DNA of 64,000 bases from assembly GCA_964394645.1 (NCBI GenBank), contig CAYMYC010000001.1, positions 274,052 to 338,051 of the forward strand, read 5' to 3'. Under the pieces are notes generated by a model that was not told where the DNA came from, searched no databases, and was given only the letters and a program-made list of their open reading frames with translations. The DNA is from an uncultured Gammaproteobacteria bacterium. Lineage in GTDB: Bacteria > Patescibacteriota > Microgenomatia > Levybacterales > GWA1-39-11. A program made the position numbers and the translations under genes. Shown one piece after another: positions 28,764-37,313 of this stretch (positions are counted from its first letter, which is position 1; each line of letters opens with the position of its first letter).

Positions 28764-31400
28764 TTATGTTTTTAGGAATGTAATAATTTCATTTAAGTCT
28801 TCAGCCTTTAATGGGTTTTGGGTGGAATTTTGTGTGGAATGGCTCCCTCTATTACTAAGCTTATTCCAGTAGCCGTTGAGTTTATCTATCTTTGTTTTAT
28901 CAATATTAATATTTTTAATTCCGTCCCAATTGATATTATTTCCTCTAACCCTGTTACGCAATAAATCCTGTTTATTCAATATCTTCTCGTCAATGTAGTA
29001 CTCTATCGCAGATTTCAAAAGACTAGAAACTACATTTACAGAATAAGATCCCTTCATTTCTCTCTCTGCTTTTTCAATAAAATAAGTACACGATTCATTC
29101 TGACTCTCTAAAATTCTTCCTGTCCTATCTTTAGACTCCCTTTCGACTGTATAGGTATGTACGTGGTGGCCTGCAGTGACACATCCACGCTCGATATAAT
29201 TTTTGCAAACATGATGGGTTCGATTACCATGATCATCCTTCAAATCACCGCACCAAGTTACTAATGAGTTATAAAAAAGCTTATCATGGGTAAATATTAT
29301 TATTTGTCTTGTTGCCGAAACTTGGAGCAATCTTTTTGCTAATAAATCAGACACTTCATGATCTACGCTTGTAACTGGATCATCGAACACTACTGGATTG
29401 CTCCCACCCTGACTTTCAATCTCTCCCAAAAAAAGAGCTAAGCATACCGCCTTTTGTTCGCCCGTACTTAGAATGTCCTCAACATCATTACCTAGAATCT
29501 TTAGACATGTACGAACAGTTCCTTTACCCGCCCCAGTTTTTTCCAGCGTAACCTCCACATCTTTACCTAAGGCTTTTAATTCTTCCTCAAATGATTTTCT
29601 AATAGAGTCTGTTAGAAGTTCATCATGAGCTTTTGATCCCAGAACTGTTATACCAGTTGTCAAAATAGTGCCATTTACATTCTCATATCCTTTTGCCTTT
29701 TTCTTTCCCTCAAAGTATTTTTCTATCTTTTCCTTCAATTTTGAAACGTTTTGCTTATCTTGGAGTTTCTCTATTTCTTCATTGAGCTTATTTATTCTTT
29801 CTTGCTTCTGAGATTCAGATTGCTCCAAGCCATCGACTCTTTCCTGTCTATCAGTAGTCATCTTTGATAGTTGTGTATCGATGTCGTACAGTTCGAGGTT
29901 ATATTGATTGCTTACCTGACTTCTCTTATTCAGGGATTCAACAAGGGCCTCTTTTTGTTTTTTCGCTTCTGCAAGAACCCGACTAACTACCTCACTCAGA
30001 CTTTTATTCTGTTCTATTTCTTGTTCAGAAAGTATTTTTTGTAAATTGTCAGAAGCATTGAAGTCGAATACGATCTTTTCAAGAGAACCTAGCAGTATAT
30101 TAATCCCATTTTCTGCTTTCCTGAAATCTGCCTGAGACTGATCGTTGAGATATTCAGAATATGCCTTTGTAAGCTTTAGGGCATCTTCTCCTAATGGCTG
30201 ATGGCAATAAACACACTTCTCATCTTTATTAAAAGTATTTTGATCAACGGCAACTCCATACTTTTCGGCTGCCTCCACAAAAGACTGCCATTCATCTGAT
30301 TCTTGAGACGGAACACTTTTCAACACTTCAAATTGTTTTGCTCTTTCATCTCTGATTTTCTTTTTGCTTATATAATTGGGAATTGATGCAGAGACCTGTC
30401 CTGTTAATGACTCAAGAGAAGATTTAAGTTTTACTAAATGATTTTTTAATGCGTCGATCTCGGTTTTCTCCTGATTTAGTAATTTTTTACTGTCATCTAC
30501 ATTCTTCTTTTCCAATTCTTGCTTCAATTGAATCCACTGTCCCAATTTTGCAATTTCTTCTTTGGAAATCGATAAATAATCTGCAAGTACTTTGCTATTG
30601 TCATCCGATAAAGAATCCTCTTGAAGGATCCATTTAAGATCCTGCGAGTGCAAATCATCTATCAATGGTTGCATATCGGGGCATAGATTTTCTTGTTCTC
30701 TTTGAAGTCCTTCGAGCCTTTTTTTTAGATCGTCTATTGTTGATGCAATAATTTGAAAAAGGTTTAACCCTAGCGGTTCTATGTTTACAGAATTTTCTCT
30801 TTCATGCAAAAATACTGGCAAGTAATCGGAGTCGAAAACTTTGATTCTATTAAATGGTATGATTCCACGGCTGTGCTTATCTTGCCATTTATAGCCTTGA
30901 GTAACTCCACCAAGAGAATATTCAACATCAACCTCTAATCCATCTTCTTGCCCATGTATATTATTCAAAATGCTTCTGTGTTGTATACCTCCAGCAACTT
31001 CGTGAAGTATTCTAAAGTAACCGCTCTTACCAGTTCCGTTTAATCCAAAAACAACAGTACAAGCAGGACTGAAAGTAATCGACTGATTTGGAATTAAAGC
31101 ATTAACACCATTTACGTGTGTTATTTTCCTTAGAATCAACTGTTGTGGATTTGTGCTTAGAGGTGGGTTTTGTTCTTCTGCTCGTGTGGCTGTGTCTTCC
31201 AAAGATTGAGTTTGATCGCCTGAATTTAGGTTATTCTCTTGAAGTAACAGGGTGAAAATCGAGTCTTTGTCGGAGTCTGTTAGTTTTCCATTAGTGTCAA
31301 TACACCTCTGGATTAGCGTACCTAGCCAAGTAGGAGTTGTACTTCTATTTTTATATTCGAGCAGGTAATCGGTTGCATGAGTTTTATTTGTTGCGTCCAT
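28764..31400 (-). CDS. ABC/SMC-like ATPase with long coiled coil, CxxC zinc hook and His-rich C-terminal domain (RloC/PrrC-like architecture)
   Basis: Walker A FGLNGTGKSG, ~450 aa of coiled coil containing CVYCHQPLGE, ABC signature LSTGEQKAV, Walker B PVVFDDP, H-loop IIFTHD, then a ~190-aa His-rich tail (HGNRTHH ... AGHHVH). The stop is 3 nt before the nuclease gene. Confidence 0.55.
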   Translation of the reverse strand: MDATNKTHATDYLLEYKNRSTTPTWLGTLIQRCIDTNGKLTDSDKDSIFTLLLQENNLNSGDQTQSLEDTATRAEEQNPPLSTNPQQLILRKITHVNGVNALIPNQSITFSPACTVVFGLNGTGKSGYFRILHEVAGGIQHRSILNNIHGQEDGLEVDVEYSLGGVTQGYKWQDKHSRGIIPFNRIKVFDSDYLPVFLHERENSVNIEPLGLNLFQIIASTIDDLKKRLEGLQREQENLCPDMQPLIDDLHSQDLKWILQEDSLSDDNSKVLADYLSISKEEIAKLGQWIQLKQELEKKNVDDSKKLLNQEKTEIDALKNHLVKLKSSLESLTGQVSASIPNYISKKKIRDERAKQFEVLKSVPSQESDEWQSFVEAAEKYGVAVDQNTFNKDEKCVYCHQPLGEDALKLTKAYSEYLNDQSQADFRKAENGINILLGSLEKIVFDFNASDNLQKILSEQEIEQNKSLSEVVSRVLAEAKKQKEALVESLNKRSQVSNQYNLELYDIDTQLSKMTTDRQERVDGLEQSESQKQERINKLNEEIEKLQDKQNVSKLKEKIEKYFEGKKKAKGYENVNGTILTTGITVLGSKAHDELLTDSIRKSFEEELKALGKDVEVTLEKTGAGKGTVRTCLKILGNDVEDILSTGEQKAVCLALFLGEIESQGGSNPVVFDDPVTSVDHEVSDLLAKRLLQVSATRQIIIFTHDKLFYNSLVTWCGDLKDDHGNRTHHVCKNYIERGCVTAGHHVHTYTVERESKDRTGRILESQNESCTYFIEKAEREMKGSYSVNVVSSLLKSAIEYYIDEKILNKQDLLRNRVRGNNINWDGIKNINIDKTKIDKLNGYWNKLSNRGSHSTQNSTQNPLKAEDLNEIITFLKT

Positions 31401-31472
31401 GTAATTGTATCATATAAACCTCTTCTATTAAACCATCGGACTAGTTTAAGCTAATTCGATATTTCTCATTGT

Positions 31473-32576
31473 TTATATTCCAGACTTAGTTCTGTTGTCT
31501 TGTTTACAAAGCATCTGACAATTTTCTGCAATAGTCTTTCCTCCCTCGTGCCAAGGAGTAATATGATCTCCTTCCATTTCGTCTAATTCAAAGTGGTTTT
31601 TACAAAAGAAACAAATGCCATTTTGTCTTTCGTATGCCTCGCGTTTCATCTTGTCTGTAAAGGCTCGAATTGAGAGATATTTCTCTTGGTGTGTCAGAAC
31701 ATATGGATAAATACCTGACTTTTTCGTAACGTCTTCATCCTGCATCATAACTTTTGTTTCTGTCTCCAGTTTTTCTGGATCAAGAGCCTCGTTTCTGAAC
31801 TGATTGTATAGTTCGCCCCAGTTCACACTGGCCATTTCTTTTCTATAGTTGGGGAAAGCCTTTCGTACCCAAACGATTACATCTTGAAAGTAGTTCCATA
31901 ATTCATCAGCATTTTCATCATGCTGGTGTTTGGCCATGTAATCTTCAATTGCCCCATTATTTATCCACGAGAGTGCAGTTTCTAAGTATTCTTGTCTTAT
32001 GGGTGATCCACTAAGTAGTGCACCACCATCATTAGCCAAAAGGTAGGCAACACAGTTTGTTTTACTGAACTTGAGCTTTGCATCCGAGAGCCAAGGGCCA
32101 GTGTATACAGCGTTTCGAAGCTCTTGATCTGTTAATTTTTCACCTGCGATATTGATAATCCTAAACCAGTCCAAGCGTTCTTTATCCGTTCCCTCACAGA
32201 AATAGATCATTAGTTCATAATCCAAAATCTGGTTTTGCTCCTCAAGAGTTAAGTTATGAAACATTGCTAATCTGCCATTAAAGTCTATGGAAAAATCACC
32301 ATTTACATATTGTGCAAGGCTGATAGTACGTTGTTGGCCATCAAGAACCTCATAGTCACCATCTTCACGAACTACCCAGTACATAACATTAAGAGGAAAT
32401 CCATTTTTGACAGTATCTATAACTGCATCCCGTTGTTTGTCTTTGTAGACAAACTCTCGCTGGTATTTAGGACGAATATCAAGTTTTCCGCCATAACCTA
32501 TCACGCCCTCTTCAGCGTTATCTTTATATTCTTTTACTACCTCACGTACTGGTATTCTGCGTAAATCAATCTTCAT
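31473..32576 (-). CDS. DUF262 (ParB-like, DGQQR motif) domain fused to an HNH nuclease; GmrSD-like type IV restriction-type protein
   Basis: N-terminal DGQQR motif (VLDGQQRTISL) and C-terminal HNH (CFFCKNHF ... GDHITPWHEGG ... NCQMLCKQDN). Confidence 0.65.
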   Translation of the reverse strand: MKIDLRRIPVREVVKEYKDNAEEGVIGYGGKLDIRPKYQREFVYKDKQRDAVIDTVKNGFPLNVMYWVVREDGDYEVLDGQQRTISLAQYVNGDFSIDFNGRLAMFHNLTLEEQNQILDYELMIYFCEGTDKERLDWFRIINIAGEKLTDQELRNAVYTGPWLSDAKLKFSKTNCVAYLLANDGGALLSGSPIRQEYLETALSWINNGAIEDYMAKHQHDENADELWNYFQDVIVWVRKAFPNYRKEMASVNWGELYNQFRNEALDPEKLETETKVMMQDEDVTKKSGIYPYVLTHQEKYLSIRAFTDKMKREAYERQNGICFFCKNHFELDEMEGDHITPWHEGGKTIAENCQMLCKQDNRTKSGI

Positions 32577-32577
32577 A

Positions 32578-33621
32578 TCAATTTTTAACTTTTTTATTTC
32601 TGATTAAAATACGTGCATATGTCTCTTTACCATCTATAGTAAATCTTTTTCCATAATTTGGGTTATCATCCACATAACGATCAATACCGATTATTTCAAA
32701 CTGTTCAGGGTTATACTTGTCAACAAAAGTAATTGGTACCCCCATTATACCGTCATAGTCAAAAGGAATATCCATATAACGGTTTACATTTATTGCATTG
32801 TAGTTATCATAATTGGAATATTCTTCTGGTGTATATTTTCTATATAAAGTCACTTCTTCGTGACGCTTTGTAGTTTCTAAATTGGTAAACCATAATATTC
32901 GCCCCATGCTAAAATACTTTATTCCGTCCACAACCCTTTTCCTTGACTCGGTAGGAATATCATAATCCATCGGAACTTGAAACCATTTAGTACCGCCATT
33001 GTCATACCCAAGCCATAATTTGTTGTCTTTGATCAGTTTAAATATTTCTTTATATGTAATGGCGTTTTGATCGCCTAGAATAAGAAACTTTTTATTGTGT
33101 TCAATAAGTTGTGCAACATACTCACGAAAAAGCGAAAACGGAGGATTAGTAACAACAATGTCCGCCTCTTTTAATAGCTCGACACACTCATTGCTTCTAA
33201 AATCTCCATTTTCTTTAAGGGGTTGAGAAACATTAGCATCGCGTTTTAATAACCACTCAACATCTGCTAAGTCAATTGCTCCGTCAGTATTTTCATCTGG
33301 CACCTCGTTAATCTCAATCTTGAACGGCTCTTTTCCTTTCGGTTTTAAGCCCTCCATATCTAAAAGGGAAAGCTGTTTTCCAGTAATCGGCGAACCACTG
33401 TAGCTAGTGGTAATCAGTTTCTTTAATCCTAAGGCGTTGAAGTTGGAGGCAAAATATTTAAAAAAGTTACTCTCAAAAGGATCATCACAATTGCAATACA
33501 CTATTTTCTCACGAAATTGCTGCTTGTAGTGCTTCAGCTCTTTTTCAATATCGGTTAGTTGAGTATAAAACTCATCCTTTTTGGCCTTACTAGCTTTATG
33601 GAAGTTCGTATTTAATGACAT
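32578..33621 (-). CDS. N6-adenine DNA methyltransferase (EcoRI-methylase-like family)
   Basis: Motif IV VVTNPPF, an N-terminal KDEFYT region, and no detectable nuclease partner other than the adjacent DUF262-HNH gene; 1 nt from the downstream gene. Confidence 0.55.
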   Translation of the reverse strand: MSLNTNFHKASKAKKDEFYTQLTDIEKELKHYKQQFREKIVYCNCDDPFESNFFKYFASNFNALGLKKLITTSYSGSPITGKQLSLLDMEGLKPKGKEPFKIEINEVPDENTDGAIDLADVEWLLKRDANVSQPLKENGDFRSNECVELLKEADIVVTNPPFSLFREYVAQLIEHNKKFLILGDQNAITYKEIFKLIKDNKLWLGYDNGGTKWFQVPMDYDIPTESRKRVVDGIKYFSMGRILWFTNLETTKRHEEVTLYRKYTPEEYSNYDNYNAINVNRYMDIPFDYDGIMGVPITFVDKYNPEQFEIIGIDRYVDDNPNYGKRFTIDGKETYARILIRNKKVKN

Positions 33622-33713
33622 AGAATCATATTTATTAAAGTTATTTAAATTTCGAACTGTTACTTAATTATTCTACCACTGATGAGGCTATTATTGCACG
33701 GTTATTTAATGTT

Positions 33714-34001
33714 ATGCTTATTTATATGATGTATCCACCTATTTATTATGTTTATATAGCTGAATGTTCAGATAAAACATATTATGTTGGTCAAACAGCT
33801 GATATTAGTGAAAGAGAAAAAGAGCATAATGGGCTAGGTAAATTTCCTGGAGCAAAATACACAGAATCTAGAAGGCCTGTAAGGATTGTACATATAGAGC
33901 CTTATCATACAAGATCATACGCAATGCAAAGAGAGAAAGAACTAAAAAAACTGTCCCATGAGCAGAAGTACGACCTAGTTAATTGCTTAGCAATATACTG
34001 A
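33714..34001 (+). CDS. GIY-YIG nuclease domain protein (small, Slx1/UPF0213-like)
   Basis: YYVYIAECSDKTYYVGQTADISEREKEHN ... matches the GIY-YIG motifs with conserved Arg/Glu; 95 aa. Confidence 0.65.
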   Translation: MLIYMMYPPIYYVYIAECSDKTYYVGQTADISEREKEHNGLGKFPGAKYTESRRPVRIVHIEPYHTRSYAMQREKELKKLSHEQKYDLVNCLAIY

Positions 34002-34031
34002 ATTTTCTATATATTTTAATAATCTCTAATT

Positions 34032-34065
34032 AAGGGTTGCGCCCCTCTTTTGACAAGAGTAAAAG
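34032..34065. repeat. conserved ~35-bp hairpin repeat, copy 1 (AAGGGTTGCGCCCCTCTTTTGACAAGAGTAAAAG)
   Basis: Shares the core CCCCTCTTTTGRCAAGRGT and an AAGGG...CCCCT stem with copies at 35358 and 35909; lies downstream of the GIY-YIG gene. Confidence 0.6.
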
Positions 34066-34137
34066 AATTAAAAAATGTTTTTAGAGATACTTAGAAGATA
34101 CTTGTCATATACTTAACAAGTATGTTAGAATTAAAAC

Positions 34138-34437
34138 ATGGAAGATCAAAAAATCATAAATCCGCAAAAAGTTTACAACGTCAACGAGGCAGCAAAAGTC
34201 CTTGATATTAACGAACAAACCTTGCTTGATTATGTCCGCACTGGCAAAATTATTGGCAAAAAGATAGGAGAATGGAAAATACTAGGACAATCACTTATTA
34301 ATTTTCTCACTGCAGAGCCAAACGAGATAGAAAGACCAGACGAAGCAGACTTCTATGACCCCACATTGGGACAAAAAGGCTACGATATTACAAAAGGCGG
34401 CTTTGTTGATCCAGCAAAAACCCCTTGGGGAAAATAA
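34138..34437 (+). CDS. excisionase/MerR-like HTH DNA-binding protein
   Basis: VYNVNEAAKVLDINEQTLLDYVRTGKIIGKKIG resembles an Xis/MerR-type HTH. Confidence 0.4.
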   Translation: MEDQKIINPQKVYNVNEAAKVLDINEQTLLDYVRTGKIIGKKIGEWKILGQSLINFLTAEPNEIERPDEADFYDPTLGQKGYDITKGGFVDPAKTPWGK

Positions 34438-34440
34438 AGA

Positions 34441-34902
34441 ATGAAAGATCGGGCATCTTATCTAGGTACAGTATCTCTTAATTTCTTGCAACTCCCTGGC
34501 ACTATCGGCAATTGGCAATCGTACGAGACAGAAGATATCTTTGCAACAAATTTTATAAATGTTCCTCATGAACACCTTTATACAATGGGGTCTGGCATAA
34601 ATCCCTTACAAGGCACAGCTTTAGCTTCTCTTGCAACAATTCCAAATTTTCAACTTCCAACACAAACCCAATGGTATATAGCTGGACGTACAGTAGTTAG
34701 GTGGGGTGGAACTTCAGATCCAACAGAAGTAGACATTGATCACTATGGATTTACCCCAGTCTTTAATAAAGGAGTCGCCGTTGTGTGGAAAGCTCCTAAA
34801 TCTGAACCTCATCATTTGTCACAAATTCCAGACTTAATAAATACCGTACCGTCTAATTTGGTAGAATTAGTTGAGGCAATAAGAAAAGGAGAATTTAAAT
34901 AG
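34441..34902 (+). CDS. hypothetical protein
   Basis: Intact ORF starting 4 nt after the HTH gene. Confidence 0.3.
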   Translation: MKDRASYLGTVSLNFLQLPGTIGNWQSYETEDIFATNFINVPHEHLYTMGSGINPLQGTALASLATIPNFQLPTQTQWYIAGRTVVRWGGTSDPTEVDIDHYGFTPVFNKGVAVVWKAPKSEPHHLSQIPDLINTVPSNLVELVEAIRKGEFK

Positions 34903-34903
34903 C

Positions 34904-35326
34904 TTAGGCTGGTTTTGTTCCTATCCCTTGAGAAAAGCGGAGCAAATATCCGTCAGGGTCTTGAACCAGAATTTGTCTGCATCCATGCATTACATCGTTC
35001 ACTCTGTACCAGCTGTCTTCCAACTCTCTTCTCAGAGGATACCCACTGTTTTTCAGAGATTTTGCAAGTTTTTCCACGTCTTTTGTATTAATTTGAAAGT
35101 TAATTCCACGGCCTAATGGATATTCAAATTCCCCTACCTTATACTCATCATCTTCATTTGGATCAAGCTGCTGGATCATAATCTCACTCTCTTCAAAAGA
35201 CAAAAATGCGAACTTAGGGTTTTCCCTTGTGTATTCGACCTTAAAACCTAATACATCTTCATAAAAATGAAGGCTCTTCTCAAAATCAGAGACATATAGT
35301 TCCGGAAGAATAGTATTAAATTTCAC
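34904..35326 (-). CDS. VOC-family protein (glyoxalase/bleomycin-resistance fold)
   Basis: LYVSDFEKSLHFYEDVLGFK is a typical VOC first beta-alpha-beta-beta-beta module; 140 aa. Confidence 0.65.
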   Translation of the reverse strand: MKFNTILPELYVSDFEKSLHFYEDVLGFKVEYTRENPKFAFLSFEESEIMIQQLDPNEDDEYKVGEFEYPLGRGINFQINTKDVEKLAKSLKNSGYPLRRELEDSWYRVNDVMHGCRQILVQDPDGYLLRFSQGIGTKPA

Positions 35327-35357
35327 AATAAAATTATACCAAATTTAAGCATTCTAT

Positions 35358-35395
35358 TAAGGGGCTTGCACCCCTCTTTTGGCAAGGGTAAAAAT
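35358..35395. repeat. conserved hairpin repeat, copy 2 (AAGGGGCTTGCACCCCTCTTTTGGCAAGGGTAAAAA)
   Basis: Same core as copy 1; lies between the VOC and GNAT genes. Confidence 0.6.
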
Positions 35396-35410
35396 AACCA
35401 GAGATAAATG

Positions 35411-35899
35411 TTACCTATCTAAGTTTAAAGTAGCTTCCTTGCGATCTACTAGTTTAAATTCGACTTTTTCGTGAAGTTTTATCGAATTAGGGTTGTCTAG
35501 ATTAATTAGAGCCTGTATCTTTTTTATTCCTTTTTCCCTAGCTTCATTAATCAATTTTTTGTACAACAGTTGTCCAATGCCTTCTCTCTGATGGATTGGG
35601 TTAATTCCAACGTAACGAATATATAAAGTACCACCAAATGGAAGCGTTTCATAAGCAAGAATAAAACCAACAATTTTCTCTCCTTGCTCTGCTACAAAAC
35701 AATATCCAGTATCTATATTGGTTTGGAATTCTGATTTTCGGGAAACAAGATGAGATTCTTGCTCCTCCTGGCTCATATCATCAAACTTTGATCCCAAGTA
35801 CTGTCTTTGTGTCAGAATGTCGACACTGTGAACCTGCACGTAGTCATCAAGCTTCATCTGTCGAATTGAAATTTGATCCATAGCATAATTATAAGGCAT
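35411..35899 (-). CDS. GNAT-family N-acetyltransferase
   Basis: Acetyl-CoA-binding motif HQREGIGQLLYKKLINEA (Q/RxxGxG/A) and the family size (162 aa). Confidence 0.75.
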   Translation of the reverse strand: MPYNYAMDQISIRQMKLDDYVQVHSVDILTQRQYLGSKFDDMSQEEQESHLVSRKSEFQTNIDTGYCFVAEQGEKIVGFILAYETLPFGGTLYIRYVGINPIHQREGIGQLLYKKLINEAREKGIKKIQALINLDNPNSIKLHEKVEFKLVDRKEATLNLDR

Positions 35900-35908
35900 C
35901 GGTCAATT

Positions 35909-35945
35909 AAAGGGCTGACGCCCCTCTTTTGACAAGGGTTTCCGT
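35909..35945. repeat. conserved hairpin repeat, copy 3 (AAAGGGCTGACGCCCCTCTTTTGACAAGGGTTTCC)
   Basis: Same core; immediately upstream of the GNAT gene start on the minus strand. Confidence 0.6.
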
Positions 35946-36059
35946 TTTACTCCAATAAACTGCGCTTCGCTTGCCCTTGTAAAATTCACCCCGCTTTTTA
36001 AATTAACTTTCTATCTGAAAGCATGAGCATGCTTTCAGAAAAATAATTTTCAAGAAAGC

Positions 36060-36413
36060 GTGAGGAAGGGGGTGAAATATATGGAGAATTTAGTAACAGT
36101 TGACTATTCAAAATTCGGGTACAGAGAGTTAGATATTGCCGGAAAACTTTTAGCTATCTACTCTCAAGGTGGGGTTGACTTTTTGGAAGATGGAATAACA
36201 GTAAATTTCAATATGAACAGTGGCTATGTATTTTTGTCTGATTCAAACTATAACGTTGGGGTTTTAGCCGATGGAGAAACTCAAATAGTACAGTTTTTCT
36301 CATGCATGGAATGCGGTTATGAGGGTACTCAAGATGATGCCTTGATGGACGAAAAAGACTTCGTAACTTATGAGGGGTATTGTTCTGAAGAATGTTATTC
36401 TAAGAATATGTGA
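36060..36413 (+). CDS. hypothetical protein
   Basis: Intact ORF with a C-terminal Cys/Glu-rich stretch (CMECGYEG ... CSEEC). Confidence 0.3.
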   Translation: MRKGVKYMENLVTVDYSKFGYRELDIAGKLLAIYSQGGVDFLEDGITVNFNMNSGYVFLSDSNYNVGVLADGETQIVQFFSCMECGYEGTQDDALMDEKDFVTYEGYCSEECYSKNM

Positions 36414-36436
36414 TAGCAAATACTGCCCATTTGCTT

Positions 36437-37213
36437 TTACTTTACCCTTTTCCAAATATCGGAGGAGTCGTTTCGGATTATCTCTTTTGTTGTTAAGAAT
36501 AGAGATAGATCACTATTCTCTTTTTCAAGCTTTGCCTTTGCATACTCGAAAATATGTGTTTGCATGTTTTGGGAAGGTAGAACGAAAAGGATTTGTGGAA
36601 ACGGTGCATTATTGGTGTTTTCCTTCCACTTAGTATCTTGAGAATACACTATATACTGCTTTACTCTTTTTCTTAAAATGAAAGCCGGAGTATACGGATC
36701 AAAGATATTTAAAAGATACCTTCTAGTTTTATTACCGGTTTTAAACGCTATATATGCGCAAAGCTCAGTATCGGGAAAATATTCGTATCCGATTAAATCC
36801 GTTTCGGTAAAAAATTGCAGGGTTTCTTCTTTGTCCTTTTTTGAAAGAAAGAAAAGATACATATCTACAACAAACAGTTTGTGATTGATGAATTTATTCC
36901 CCCGTTTGTGTTCTTTATATATTCTTGAGTTAAAAGCATCGGTATCAAAATTTTTTTCATTTTTTAAAATATTTCTTGCAAGGGGTTTTAGAAAATATAT
37001 TGCGGGCTTGTTTCCTTCTTCAAACGATTTTCTTGAATAGTTAGTACCAATATATTTTTTGTCCTTTAGATCTTTAAGCCATTCTTTTATTCTGTGTGGA
37101 TCTTTGTGATTGAATAGTTTTTGAAATTGTAGAGTTGTTAAGAATCGAAACCTGTATAGATAGATTATTATTTCTTTTTGCTTTAGTGTATATGGTGAAT
37201 TTGTGTATTTCAT
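36437..37213 (-). CDS. replication-relaxation family protein
   Basis: The N-terminus LKQKEIIIYLYRFRFLTTLQFQKLF is the hallmark of the replication-relaxation (winged-helix) family that accompanies T4CP/FtsK-like ATPases on Gram-positive-type mobile elements. Confidence 0.5.
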   Translation of the reverse strand: MKYTNSPYTLKQKEIIIYLYRFRFLTTLQFQKLFNHKDPHRIKEWLKDLKDKKYIGTNYSRKSFEEGNKPAIYFLKPLARNILKNEKNFDTDAFNSRIYKEHKRGNKFINHKLFVVDMYLFFLSKKDKEETLQFFTETDLIGYEYFPDTELCAYIAFKTGNKTRRYLLNIFDPYTPAFILRKRVKQYIVYSQDTKWKENTNNAPFPQILFVLPSQNMQTHIFEYAKAKLEKENSDLSLFLTTKEIIRNDSSDIWKRVK

Positions 37214-37313
37214 TAATGGTTCTCTATATAAATATATAGATATAAAGGAGCAGAAAATATTTAATACTTCGCTTCAAAATTATTCAATTTCTGTACCCAT
37301 CCGCAGGTACATC

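Noticed and set aside
34032-35945. Interpreting the three hairpin repeats as integron attC sites
   Set aside because: There is no IntI-type tyrosine integrase, no attI or Pc, and the repeats lack the R''/L''-L'/R' core pattern (GTTRRRY). Kept instead as a generic hairpin or terminator-like repeat family.
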